A DNA stretch of 33,423 nucleotides from Gammaproteobacteria bacterium (GTDB lineage Bacteria > Pseudomonadota > Gammaproteobacteria > GCA-013414725). The notes beneath the pieces were generated by a model. It made no database searches and was not told where the DNA came from. It was given only the letters and a program-made list of their open reading frames with translations. Positions 18,739 to 26,642 of the stretch are shown one piece after another. How positions within the stretch are numbered: position 1 is the first letter of the stretch; the number at the start of each line of letters is the position of its first letter. Where the stretch lies: assembly GCA_049678805.1 (NCBI GenBank), contig JBAUEV010000228.1, forward strand, positions 1 through 33,423, in the 5' to 3' direction. A program made the position numbers and the translations under genes.

Positions 18739-18784
18739 CTGAAAACCGCACCCCGACGGGGTTCTAAAACATTTTAACCATTTT
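18739..18784. repeat. Copy 2 of the ~46-nt intergenic repeat; contains a small hairpin that could terminate fimT
   Basis: ~80% identical to 46-91. The hairpin accccgacggggt (18750-18762) is followed on the minus strand by gcggtttt. Confidence 0.5.
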
Positions 18785-18831
18785 AGCTGTGTAGAGGGGT
18801 GATCTCGCATCTTGAGGTGTAATGGGTATAG

Positions 18832-19338
18832 CTATGAGCAACCCTGACTTGAACCGCGTTCCACTCGCGTTCGACCACTTTGCTGCACTACAATGACCCG
18901 TGCATAAGCTGGATTTTTATTCGCGGGGCAATAAAAAAAACTTCCTTGCTGGCCATAAGTAAAACCCGAAGGTGCAAAACGTAAATAATTATTTAGAGCA
19001 AGATTGCTTTTCCAAACGAGCTCATCGCCGGTGGTAAGGGGTTCATAAACTCGTAAAATGCGCCCATCACTGGTGATAATAATCTGCCCAGCACGCCACT
19101 CGCCGCCACAGATTTTATGATCGGTACTTTTACAAAAAGTAACTGTTTGATGGAGTTGAATTGCTTCGCTGCGAGCGTAATGAATAGCAGCAATGATGCG
19201 GTTAGCCGTTTGGGTCGCCCGATCTTGCAATACCAGATGGTGTATGGCAGGTACACCAGCGAGTAATAATAAAACCAACACTACTAAGGCAATTAGTAAT
19301 TCGAGTAATGAGAAAGCGTGCGATTTATTCAGTATCAT
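18832..19338 (-). CDS. fimT: Type IV minor pilin FimT/GspH-family protein with a C-terminal GRxR motif
   Basis: 168-aa ORF with a prepilin-like N-terminus MILNKSHA/FSLLELLIALVVL (Glu at +5). It has GspH-like length and ends in SGRTRVERG. Confidence 0.7.
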   Translation of the reverse strand: MILNKSHAFSLLELLIALVVLVLLLLAGVPAIHHLVLQDRATQTANRIIAAIHYARSEAIQLHQTVTFCKSTDHKICGGEWRAGQIIITSDGRILRVYEPLTTGDELVWKSNLALNNYLRFAPSGFTYGQQGSFFYCPANKNPAYARVIVVQQSGRTRVERGSSQGCS

Positions 19339-20608
19339 TGGCTACTGGTTCAGAGTAGAGTGCTGGCCAAATTTGTGCAGTTTTTACCGTATTTTCTTCA
19401 ATTGTAATAATCTCTAACGGATAACCAGCGATACGTAAACTGATGCCGGTAGCGGGTAAACTTTCTAAATATTCAATAATCAAACCGTTCAATGTTTTTG
19501 GCCCTTCAGTCGGGAATTTGAGGTGCAATAAACGATTTAACTCCCGCACCATGATGCCGCCATCTACTAAATAACTGCCATCTTTTTGCCACTGGATTGC
19601 TTTGTTCATGGCAGGGAGATTGGTGGTAAATTCACCCACGATTTCTTCCAGAATATCTTCTAGTGTGATTAAGCCTTGAATATCGCCGTATTCATCTACG
19701 ACTAGAGCACTACGGTGTTTTTCCTGACGAAATTGGATGAGCTGAACATTTAATGGCGTGCCTTCGGGAACAAAATAAGCTTCATCAGCACATTTAAGTA
19801 GACTCGATTTATCAAGGCGATTTTGCGCTAATAAATTTAAAGCCTTACGTAAATGCAAAATGCCTAACACATTATCAATACTTTCACGATACAAAGGCAA
19901 ACGGGTGTGCTGAATGACAGTCAATTGTTGCAAAATATTTTCCCAAGCATCATTGATATCAATACCAATAACATCTTGCCGCGGAATCATAATGTCTTCC
20001 ACAGTAGCTTTATCTAAATCAAGAATATGTAATAGCATTTCCTGATAGGGTCCCGAAATTTTACCAGTAGCTTCATGCACAATAGTGCGTAATTCTTCAT
20101 GGGTAAGTGATTCGATTTCTTTGGTACGGACTTTAATGCTGAAAAAGCGTAATAAACTATTGGCAATGGTGTTGACCACCCAAACAATGGGATACAATAA
20201 CGCTAATAATACTTTCAATGGCCATGCCGCAATAAAAGCAATCCGTTCAGGATATAAAGCAGCCAGCGTTTTGGGGGTCACTTCTGCCAAAATGAGTATT
20301 ACAAAAGTCAAAATCACTGGACTTAGCGCGACACCGAGTTTGCCAAATTGGCTAGCGGCAATAAGAGTAGCGACTGAAGCTGCCAGGATATTGGCAAAAG
20401 TACTACCAATTAAAATTACCCCGAGTAAACGATCTGGGCGCCTCAGTAATTGCAACACTCTTTTTGCAGCACGGTGTTTTTGGCGGATAAGATGCCGTAA
20501 CCGATAACGGTTAGTCGCCATCATGCTGGTTTCAGCAGCAGAAAAAAATGCAGAGAAAGCGATTAGTATTAATAATAACGCTATAAGTATATGTAGATTT
20601 TCCGTCAT
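19325..20608 (-). CDS. CNNM/CorC-HlyC family transporter (DUF21-CBS pair-CorC_HlyC)
   Basis: 427-aa ORF with an N-terminal 4-TM DUF21, a CBS region and a C-terminal transporter-associated domain. The synteny with ypjD and ffh matches E. coli yfjD. Confidence 0.85.
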   Translation of the reverse strand: MTENLHILIALLLILIAFSAFFSAAETSMMATNRYRLRHLIRQKHRAAKRVLQLLRRPDRLLGVILIGSTFANILAASVATLIAASQFGKLGVALSPVILTFVILILAEVTPKTLAALYPERIAFIAAWPLKVLLALLYPIVWVVNTIANSLLRFFSIKVRTKEIESLTHEELRTIVHEATGKISGPYQEMLLHILDLDKATVEDIMIPRQDVIGIDINDAWENILQQLTVIQHTRLPLYRESIDNVLGILHLRKALNLLAQNRLDKSSLLKCADEAYFVPEGTPLNVQLIQFRQEKHRSALVVDEYGDIQGLITLEDILEEIVGEFTTNLPAMNKAIQWQKDGSYLVDGGIMVRELNRLLHLKFPTEGPKTLNGLIIEYLESLPATGISLRIAGYPLEIITIEENTVKTAQIWPALYSEPVANDTE

Positions 20609-20647
20609 CTGTGAGGCCTCTTGTATAACCTGCTTTTTTCCTTAGAC

Positions 20648-21427
20648 CTAATGAGGTTCCCAAAATAATTGGCTGCCAAAATAAACAATAGCTAATAGTA
20701 ATACGCCGCTTAAGGTGCCGTAAATGGCTTTACGGCCACGCCAACCTAAATAATATCGCCCGCCAAGTAGCCAAGCGAATATCACCCAGGCAACAATGAC
20801 CAGTATCGTTTTTTGCAGCATATTATCGTTTAAAGTAGGATAATAAAAGTACAAACTACTCCCGAGCAATACCGTAAGTAATAAGAAACCTAAGCCAATC
20901 ATCTGAAATAATAATTTTTCCATGGTTTCCAGTGCTGGAAGTTGTTGGATGACATTGGAAGAAGGGCGGGAACGCAATTGGCGTTCGACAAGGGCTAATA
21001 ATATCGCTTGTAATCCGGCTACGCTTAACACACTGAACGTAAGCACTGAGAACAAAATGTGGGTGAGTTGACGAGGATTCGTTTTAGTATCGATAATCTC
21101 TTGGCCAGGGAATAATTGGACTAACAGAATGGAAAATGCTGCCACAGGAAAAATCAGGATAGTTAAATTTGCCACAGGTTTGCGAAACGCTGTTAATACA
21201 ATTAATAAAGCGATTAACCATGCTACCAGCGATAGCATATTAAGAAACGTTAAATTTTGCACCTGTCCTATATCTATCCAATGATATAATAACAAGGTAT
21301 GTAAACCGATCGCTATTAAACCTGTACTAAGCACCCATATTTTGCTAACTTGCCAGTTGCCGAACAACGTTAAGGCTTGCAATAAGGTTGCGATAAGATA
21401 AAAAAATAAGGTAATGATTGAGAGCAT
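20648..21427 (-). CDS. ypjD: Cytochrome c assembly family membrane protein (YpjD-like)
   Basis: 259-aa polytopic ORF, divergent from ffh as in enterobacteria. Confidence 0.7.
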   Translation of the reverse strand: MLSIITLFFYLIATLLQALTLFGNWQVSKIWVLSTGLIAIGLHTLLLYHWIDIGQVQNLTFLNMLSLVAWLIALLIVLTAFRKPVANLTILIFPVAAFSILLVQLFPGQEIIDTKTNPRQLTHILFSVLTFSVLSVAGLQAILLALVERQLRSRPSSNVIQQLPALETMEKLLFQMIGLGFLLLTVLLGSSLYFYYPTLNDNMLQKTILVIVAWVIFAWLLGGRYYLGWRGRKAIYGTLSGVLLLAIVYFGSQLFWEPH

Positions 21428-21454
21428 TTTTAATTTACAGTTGGAAAATAGATC

Positions 21455-22804
21455 ATGTTTGAAACACTCACCGAACGATTAACAAGGACTTTTAAAAATC
21501 TTACCGGGCAAGGACGTCTCACCGAGGATAACATCAAAGATACCTCACGTGAAGTGCAAATAGCTTTGTTAGAAGCGGATGTTGCTTTACCTGTAGTGAA
21601 ACAATTTATTAAAGATGTTAATGAGAAAGCCCTAGGGCAAGAGGTGATGCAAAGCTTACGCCCTGGTGAAGCGCTGATTAAGATTGTTTATGACGAATTG
21701 ATTGCAGTTTTAGGTAATGTGTTGGCTGATATAAACTTGCAAACTCAACCGCCCGCTGTCATTTTAGTTGCAGGTTTGCAGGGTTCAGGTAAAACCACAA
21801 CGGTTGCTAAGTTAGCAAAATGGCTACAGGAAACCAAGCATAAATCAGTATTATTGACAAGTGCTGACGTTTATCGACCTGCCGCTATTGAACAATTAGA
21901 AACGTTAGCAAAACAAGTTGGCAGCCATTATTTTCCAAGTACGCCGCAGCAAAATCCAGTAGAAATTGCCAAAGCAGCAGTGGCGCATGCGCGGGTTCAA
22001 TTTTACGATGTTGTTATCATTGATACTGCTGGTCGCTTGCATATTGATGAAACGATGATGGCGGAAATTCGTGCCGTTCACCAGGCCATTGACCCCATTG
22101 AAACCTTGTTTGTGGTGGACAGTCTTACTGGGCAAGATGCGGCCAATACTGCACGTGCATTTAATGAAGCACTCCCGTTAACGGGGGTTATTCTTACCAA
22201 AACGGATGGTGATGCTCGTGGTGGTGCTGCATTATCCGTGCGTTTAATCACCGGTAAGCCGATTAAATTTATGGGGACTGGTGAAAAGATTGATGCCCTA
22301 GAGCCTTTTTATCCTGATCGAGTTGCTTCGCGTATTTTAGGTATGGGCGATGTTCTGACCTTGGTTGAGGAAGTGCAGCGCAAAGTAGATCAGAAGCAAG
22401 CAAAAAAATTAGAGAAAAAACTGCACAAAGGTGCTTTTGATTTGGAAGATTTTTTAGAGCAATTAGCCCAAATGCGTAATATGGGTGGCATAACCAGCTT
22501 ATTAAGTAAATTGCCGGGCATAGGTTTGCCCACTCAAGCGCTTAAAACGGGGCTGGATGAAAAAATGTTTGTCCGAATGGAGGCGATGATTCGCTCTATG
22601 ACGCGGCAAGAGCGTCGTTTCCCTGCGGTTATCAATGGTTCGCGCAAACGGCGGATTGCCTCTGGTTCAGGTACACAAATTCAAGATGTTAACCGCCTTA
22701 TCAAGCAATTTTTGCAGATGCAAAAGACTATGAAAAAATTTAAAGGTGGCAATATGGTGGGAATGATGCAAAAGCTAAAGGGAATAATGCCGAATAAGTT
22801 TTAA
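21455..22804 (+). CDS. ffh: Signal recognition particle protein Ffh
   Basis: 449-aa ORF with an NG domain (GLQGSGKTTT, DTAGR, TKTDGD) and a Met-rich M domain. Confidence 0.97.
   Translation: MFETLTERLTRTFKNLTGQGRLTEDNIKDTSREVQIALLEADVALPVVKQFIKDVNEKALGQEVMQSLRPGEALIKIVYDELIAVLGNVLADINLQTQPPAVILVAGLQGSGKTTTVAKLAKWLQETKHKSVLLTSADVYRPAAIEQLETLAKQVGSHYFPSTPQQNPVEIAKAAVAHARVQFYDVVIIDTAGRLHIDETMMAEIRAVHQAIDPIETLFVVDSLTGQDAANTARAFNEALPLTGVILTKTDGDARGGAALSVRLITGKPIKFMGTGEKIDALEPFYPDRVASRILGMGDVLTLVEEVQRKVDQKQAKKLEKKLHKGAFDLEDFLEQLAQMRNMGGITSLLSKLPGIGLPTQALKTGLDEKMFVRMEAMIRSMTRQERRFPAVINGSRKRRIASGSGTQIQDVNRLIKQFLQMQKTMKKFKGGNMVGMMQKLKGIMPNKF
22728..22804 (+). repeat. Left 77-bp direct repeat (functional 3' end of ffh)
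   Basis: 73 of 77 positions are identical to 23443-23519 by hand alignment. Confidence 0.85.
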
Positions 22805-22811
22805 ATTTCTC

Positions 22812-22841
22812 TTGACAAATTAATTTATTTGTAACTACAAT
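22812..22841 (+). promoter_or_regulatory. Near-consensus sigma-70 promoter for brnTA
   Basis: TTGACA at 22812-22817, an 18-nt spacer, then TACAAT at 22836-22841. The inverted repeat TTGTA-ac-TACAA overlaps the -10. The brnT ATG is only 7 nt downstream. Confidence 0.5.
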
Positions 22842-22847
22842 TAAAAA

Positions 22848-23123
22848 ATGAAGATTGATTTCGATCCTGAAAAATCTCATAAAAACAAACTTAACCGTGG
22901 ATTGCCATTTGAAAGTGCAGCCGAATTTGATTGGGAAACGGCGATCTATCTCGAAGATACCCGAAATCCTTATCCTGAGCAAAGATTTGTGGCATTAGGT
23001 TTTCTAAATCAGAGATTGCACGTACTTTGTTTTACCCCTATCGTTGATGGGGTTCGAATCATTAGTTTCCGTAAAGCTAACTTACGGGAGATAAAACGTT
23101 ATGAAAAAGAAACCATTAACTAA
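22848..23123 (+). CDS. brnT: BrnT-family toxin (DUF497, RNase-type type II toxin)
   Basis: 91-aa ORF matching the BrnT pattern (F.DP.K...N...G..F, D.R..YPE.R, the central GF, and the C-terminal VRIISFRKA). Confidence 0.8.
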   Translation: MKIDFDPEKSHKNKLNRGLPFESAAEFDWETAIYLEDTRNPYPEQRFVALGFLNQRLHVLCFTPIVDGVRIISFRKANLREIKRYEKETIN

Positions 23124-23409
23124 TAAGTCAGGCCAAGTTCGAGAACTGACACGTCAAGATATTCGTATTATGCAATCTGCTAATAAAGTATTACCATCGA
23201 GCTTACTCGATGTGTTGGCAAAACGTAAACGTGGTCAACGTGGACCGCAAAAACAACCCAAAAAAATATCTATAACATTGCGTTATAGTCCAGAAGTGGT
23301 GAAGTATTTCAGAGCAATTGGCAAGGGTTGGCAAATATGTATGGATGAGGCGTTAAAGGAGTGGGTAAGGAAACATCCACGGCGGGCTAGCAGCTCGAAA
23401 GACCATTGA
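23101..23409 (+). CDS. brnA: BrnA-family antitoxin (DUF4415 / COG3514)
   Basis: 102-aa ORF with the C-terminal pattern ISITLRYSPEVVKYFRAIGKGWQICMDEALKEWV, typical of BrnA. It overlaps brnT by 23 nt and has a GGGAGA SD. Confidence 0.8.
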   Translation: MKKKPLTNKSGQVRELTRQDIRIMQSANKVLPSSLLDVLAKRKRGQRGPQKQPKKISITLRYSPEVVKYFRAIGKGWQICMDEALKEWVRKHPRRASSSKDH

Positions 23410-23442
23410 TATATAAAACCGCACTATAGCCATTATAAATGG

Positions 23443-23519
23443 CTATGAAAAAATTTAAAGGTGGCAATATGGCGGGAATGATGCAAAAACTAAAGGGAAT
23501 AATGCCGAATAGGTTTTAG
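23443..23519 (+). pseudogene. Right 77-bp direct repeat: displaced duplicate of the ffh 3' end
   Basis: It would encode MKKFKGGNMAGMMQKLKGIMPNRF*, versus ...MKKFKGGNMVGMMQKLKGIMPNKF* in ffh. No SD and no upstream ffh sequence are present. Confidence 0.8.
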
Positions 23520-23558
23520 GAATAGAATTTCGCTCTGTTTCATTCGGACTGTTTGCTT

Positions 23559-23712
23559 CAAGCTTGCGTGTAGGCTGCTTAGTTTTGTGCTCCACAGTGC
23601 ATCCATGTACCATCCCGTAAACCCGTTCACCCTGAGGAGCGGCACCAGGTGCCGCGTCTCGAAGGGCCTAAAACTAGTCGCATAAAACTAAGCAGCCTAT
23701 ACCCAAGACTTG
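23559..23712. mobile_element. MITE-like element: ~32-bp imperfect terminal inverted repeats around a GC-rich palindromic core
   Basis: The left arm caagcttgcgtgtaggctgcttagttttgtgc matches the reverse complement of the right arm, caagtcttgggtataggctgcttagttttatgc. The inner 20 bp match at 19 of 20. No ORF is present. Confidence 0.5.
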
Positions 23713-23720
23713 CTTAGTAT

Positions 23721-24173
23721 TTACAATACTAATTTAGACCCTGGCATCGGTGTGCATTGATGGTATTGAGGGTCTTTTACGAATTGAGATAAATCAATGT
23801 TGTAAAATTTAGGTTCTGCTGAATAGGTTCCATTATTGTTGTTAACAATGAATACATCGCTTTCGAGAGATTGACAATTCGTGCCTGTATTATCAGGACA
23901 AATAGAAAAATCAATTTGATTTTTCCCAATAAAATTTGGAGCTTGTTGGGGAGTGATCTCAGTGGTATTAGTGTAGTTTACACAATCCACCATGGAAGCC
24001 CCTTTAAAAGTAAGCTTAATGTATCTTCCATTATCGATGGTCCTTGGTAACCCACTTACATAAGCACAATGGATAGAGTCAGTCATACAATCGCTGGGAT
24101 CTGCATGCGCTGTGACGCTGAATGTTAAGAGAATGGCTGTTACGCCTAATAATGAAGAAATGGAATATTTCAT
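23721..24173 (-). CDS. Small secreted six-cysteine protein of unknown function
   Basis: 150 aa from the ATG at 24173 (AAGGGG SD). Signal peptide MKYSISSLLGVTAILLTFSVTAHA/DP. The mature part has six Cys. The upstream part of the 177-aa track ORF runs into a palindrome and is rejected. Confidence 0.65.
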   Translation of the reverse strand: MKYSISSLLGVTAILLTFSVTAHADPSDCMTDSIHCAYVSGLPRTIDNGRYIKLTFKGASMVDCVNYTNTTEITPQQAPNFIGKNQIDFSICPDNTGTNCQSLESDVFIVNNNNGTYSAEPKFYNIDLSQFVKDPQYHQCTPMPGSKLVL

Positions 24174-24239
24174 ATCTTTACCCCTTGAGTTAGGTTTGTA
24201 AAAAAAATCAATGGAAGCTAGGTAATAGCTCAGTCCCCT

Positions 24240-24270
24240 TGTATCCTCCCCCATGAAGGAGGAGGATACA
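24240..24270. repeat. GC-rich palindrome related to 2852-2880
   Basis: tgtatcctcc-cccatgaagga-ggaggataca has a 10-bp perfect stem plus 2 further pairs. Its core matches ~21 of 27 positions of the dnaK-downstream palindrome. Confidence 0.6.
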
Positions 24271-24415
24271 TTTCTTGATTCAGTACATAACTGAAAAAAG
24301 CATTCTAACTTAACAAATTAAGAAGGCAACTCTTCCTTCTTGGTCCGATTTTGCGTAGAATGCAACATTCATATTTACCTGTAGAAATTTAATAGGCAGA
24401 GAGGAAACAACATCA

Positions 24416-24751
24416 ATGGTTGTAATTCGTTTAGCACGGGGCGGCGCCAAGAAAAAGCCGTTTTATCATGTAGTCATCACCGACCGCCGTAATTCACGCG
24501 ATGGCCGTTATATCGAGCGTGTGGGTATCTTCAGTCCTGTAGCAAAAGGGGCTGATATTTACTTAAGGCTTAACCAAGAACGTATCAAGCATTGGTTAGG
24601 ACAAGGCGCACAACCCAGTTCTCGGGTCACGCAACTTATCGAACAATTTGCTAAAACAGGTGAAATTACCGGCACTGTTTTTACCGCAAATCGGCCGGTT
24701 CGTAAGCGTAAACAGCCTGTAGCTGAAGTGGCTGCGAGTGAAGCTGCATAA
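24416..24751 (+). CDS. rpsP: 30S ribosomal protein S16 (with a C-terminal extension)
   Basis: Starts MVVIRLARGGAKKKPFYHVVITD. At 111 aa it is longer than the ~82-aa enterobacterial form. Confidence 0.97.
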   Translation: MVVIRLARGGAKKKPFYHVVITDRRNSRDGRYIERVGIFSPVAKGADIYLRLNQERIKHWLGQGAQPSSRVTQLIEQFAKTGEITGTVFTANRPVRKRKQPVAEVAASEAA

Positions 24752-24758
24752 AAAAACA

Positions 24759-25253
24759 ATGAATGAGGTAGTTGTAGGACGTTTTGGTGCTCCGCATGGG
24801 CTTAATGGTTTGATTAAAGTTAACTCATTCACTCAGCCCATTAACAATATCTTGCATTATCGTCCTTGGCTTATTCAAACAAATGGCGAGTGGCAACCCT
24901 TAGCGTTGCAGACCGTGGAGCAGCGTGGCCGCAATATTGTTGCTAAACCCGTAGGTTGTAATGACTCTGAAGCTGCCCGCCACTATACCAGTCTGGATAT
25001 TGCTATAACGCGCGATCAATTACCCTCTTTGCCAGCAGGGGAATATTATTGGCATGAGTTAGTTGGTTTACGTGTGGTTAACCAAGAGGGCGTTGAGTTA
25101 GGGGTAGTGGATTCTTTGTTGGCGACTGGCGCTAATGATGTGCTGGTAGTCAAAGGTGAACGTGAACGACTGATTCCCTATTTAAAACAAGTTATTTTGC
25201 GGGTAGATGCAGCGAAAGGGGTAATTAAAGTGGATTGGGATGCAACGTTTTAA
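24759..25253 (+). CDS. rimM: 16S rRNA processing protein RimM
   Basis: [18 protein letters not shown] plus a PRC barrel. The ATG at 24759 avoids overlap with rpsP. The ORF track starts at a GTG at 24738. Confidence 0.9.
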   Translation: MNEVVVGRFGAPHGLNGLIKVNSFTQPINNILHYRPWLIQTNGEWQPLALQTVEQRGRNIVAKPVGCNDSEAARHYTSLDIAITRDQLPSLPAGEYYWHELVGLRVVNQEGVELGVVDSLLATGANDVLVVKGERERLIPYLKQVILRVDAAKGVIKVDWDATF

Positions 25254-25254
25254 A

Positions 25255-25977
25255 ATGTGGGTAGGTATTGTTAGTCTTTTTCCAGAAATGCTTGATGCTC
25301 TTCATTATGGTATCACGGGTCGAGCACTCGAAACAGGATTACTCATCTTGCAACACTGGAATCCACGTGATTATAGTTACGATAAGCATCGTACAGTAGA
25401 CGATCGCCCTTATGGGGGTGGGCCTGGAATGGTGATGAAGGTCCAGCCATTACGTGATGCCATTTACGCTGCCAAAGCAGCAGCAAATGGCGCAGCGCGA
25501 GTAGTCCATCTTTCGCCGCAAGGACGATTACTGACACAGAATAGTGTTGCTGAGCTTGCTCAACGTGAACGCTTAATTTTAATTGCTGGGCGTTATGAAG
25601 GGATTGATGAACGATTGATTGCAGCGGAAGTTGATGAAGAATGGTCAATTGGTGACTACGTCCTCAGTGGTGGTGAATTAGCGGCCATGGTTATGATTGA
25701 TGCTATAACCCGTTTATTGCCTGAAGCATTAGGTGATGACCAATCGGCGCAACAAGATTCATTTACTAATAATTTGTTAGATTATCCGCATTACACACGG
25801 CCAGAGAGTTGTGAAATACCAGCAGTATTGCTCAGTGGCGATCATCAAGCAATTGCACGCTGGCGTTTGCAGCAAGCATTAGGACGCACTTGGTTACGAC
25901 GTCCGGATTTGTTGGCAAAGAGGACATTGACGGACACTGAACAAGCACTACTGGACGAATTTAAAAGTAATCTCTAA
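25255..25977 (+). CDS. trmD: tRNA (guanine37-N1)-methyltransferase TrmD
   Basis: [12 protein letters not shown] parallels the E. coli TrmD N-terminus. An alternative upstream ATG lies at 25240. Confidence 0.93.
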   Translation: MWVGIVSLFPEMLDALHYGITGRALETGLLILQHWNPRDYSYDKHRTVDDRPYGGGPGMVMKVQPLRDAIYAAKAAANGAARVVHLSPQGRLLTQNSVAELAQRERLILIAGRYEGIDERLIAAEVDEEWSIGDYVLSGGELAAMVMIDAITRLLPEALGDDQSAQQDSFTNNLLDYPHYTRPESCEIPAVLLSGDHQAIARWRLQQALGRTWLRRPDLLAKRTLTDTEQALLDEFKSNL

Positions 25978-26024
25978 AATAGGCTCTTTTTACTAAAAAA
26001 TGCAATTGTTGAGGTATACCCCCT

Positions 26025-26435
26025 ATGGCTAACATCATTGAACAACTTGAAATTGAACAAATCCAAGCAAAAAAGCTGCCTGATTTCCGTACGGGTGATA
26101 CCGTCATTGTACAAGTGAAAGTGAAAGAAGGTAATCGTGAACGTTTGCAAGCGTTTGAAGGTGTGGTGATTGCCATACGCAGTCGTGGATTTAATTCTTC
26201 ATTTACAGTACGTAAAATTTCTCATGGTGAAGGTGTGGAACGTGTTTTTCCATTTTATAGCCCAACAGTTGATAGCGTACAAGTAGTACGCAAAGGCCAT
26301 GTGCGCAAAGCGAAGTTATATCATTTACGTGAACTTTCCGGTCGTCAGGCGCGTATCAAAGAAAAGATTTCTCAAAAAACTCAGGAAAAACTTGAAGAAA
26401 TAAATACAGAAACAAAAGAGGAAGGAGCTCAGTAA
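26025..26435 (+). CDS. rplS: 50S ribosomal protein L19 (with a C-terminal extension)
   Basis: Has the L19 core ([29 protein letters not shown]). It is 136 aa with an acidic/Lys-rich tail. Confidence 0.97.
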   Translation: MANIIEQLEIEQIQAKKLPDFRTGDTVIVQVKVKEGNRERLQAFEGVVIAIRSRGFNSSFTVRKISHGEGVERVFPFYSPTVDSVQVVRKGHVRKAKLYHLRELSGRQARIKEKISQKTQEKLEEINTETKEEGAQ

Positions 26436-26575
26436 AAATCTTATATAGCTTGTCTTGTAGCAATAAGCCTTAATGCAGGAGGCACATAAGCCTTAAAAGG
26501 CTCGCTTGAAACTTTTTGTGTAACAAAGATTCCTATTCTTTTATTTATCGCTATCGTTTCCTAACCAGGATCATA

Positions 26576-26603
26576 AAGAAAAGATATATAACTATCTTTT
26601 CTT
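26576..26603. terminator. AT-rich hairpin between convergent rplS and mrcA
   Basis: aagaaaagata-tataac-tatcttttctt has an 11-bp perfect stem. A third direct copy of agaaaagata lies at ~26617-26626. Confidence 0.35.
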
Positions 26604-26642
26604 AGTCAAGAATGAAAAGAAAAGATAGGGGTGAAGACTTGT

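Noticed and set aside
23051-23060. ggttcgaatc, identical to a tRNA T-loop consensus
   Set aside because: It lies inside the brnT reading frame (VDGVRIIS). The flanking bases cannot form a T-stem, and no acceptor or anticodon arms are present.
23426-23446. The hairpin atagccat-tataa-atggctat after brnA as an integron attC site
   Set aside because: There are no R''/L''-L'/R' core sites (no GTTRRRY), no intI and no neighbouring cassettes. It is more likely a simple 3' hairpin at the repeat boundary.
23445-23519. 24-codon mini-ORF MKKFKGGNMAGMMQKLKGIMPNRF
   Set aside because: It is the duplicated ffh tail and has no SD or promoter, so it is treated as a relic rather than a gene.
24174-24254. 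Upstream 27 codons of the 177-aa minus-strand ORF
   Set aside because: They run into the palindrome at 24240-24270. The internal ATG at 24173 has an SD and starts a canonical signal peptide.
24340-24415. rpsP promoter (TAGAAT around 24356-24361)
   Set aside because: There is no convincing -35 or extended -10 at proper spacing, so it was not reported as a feature.
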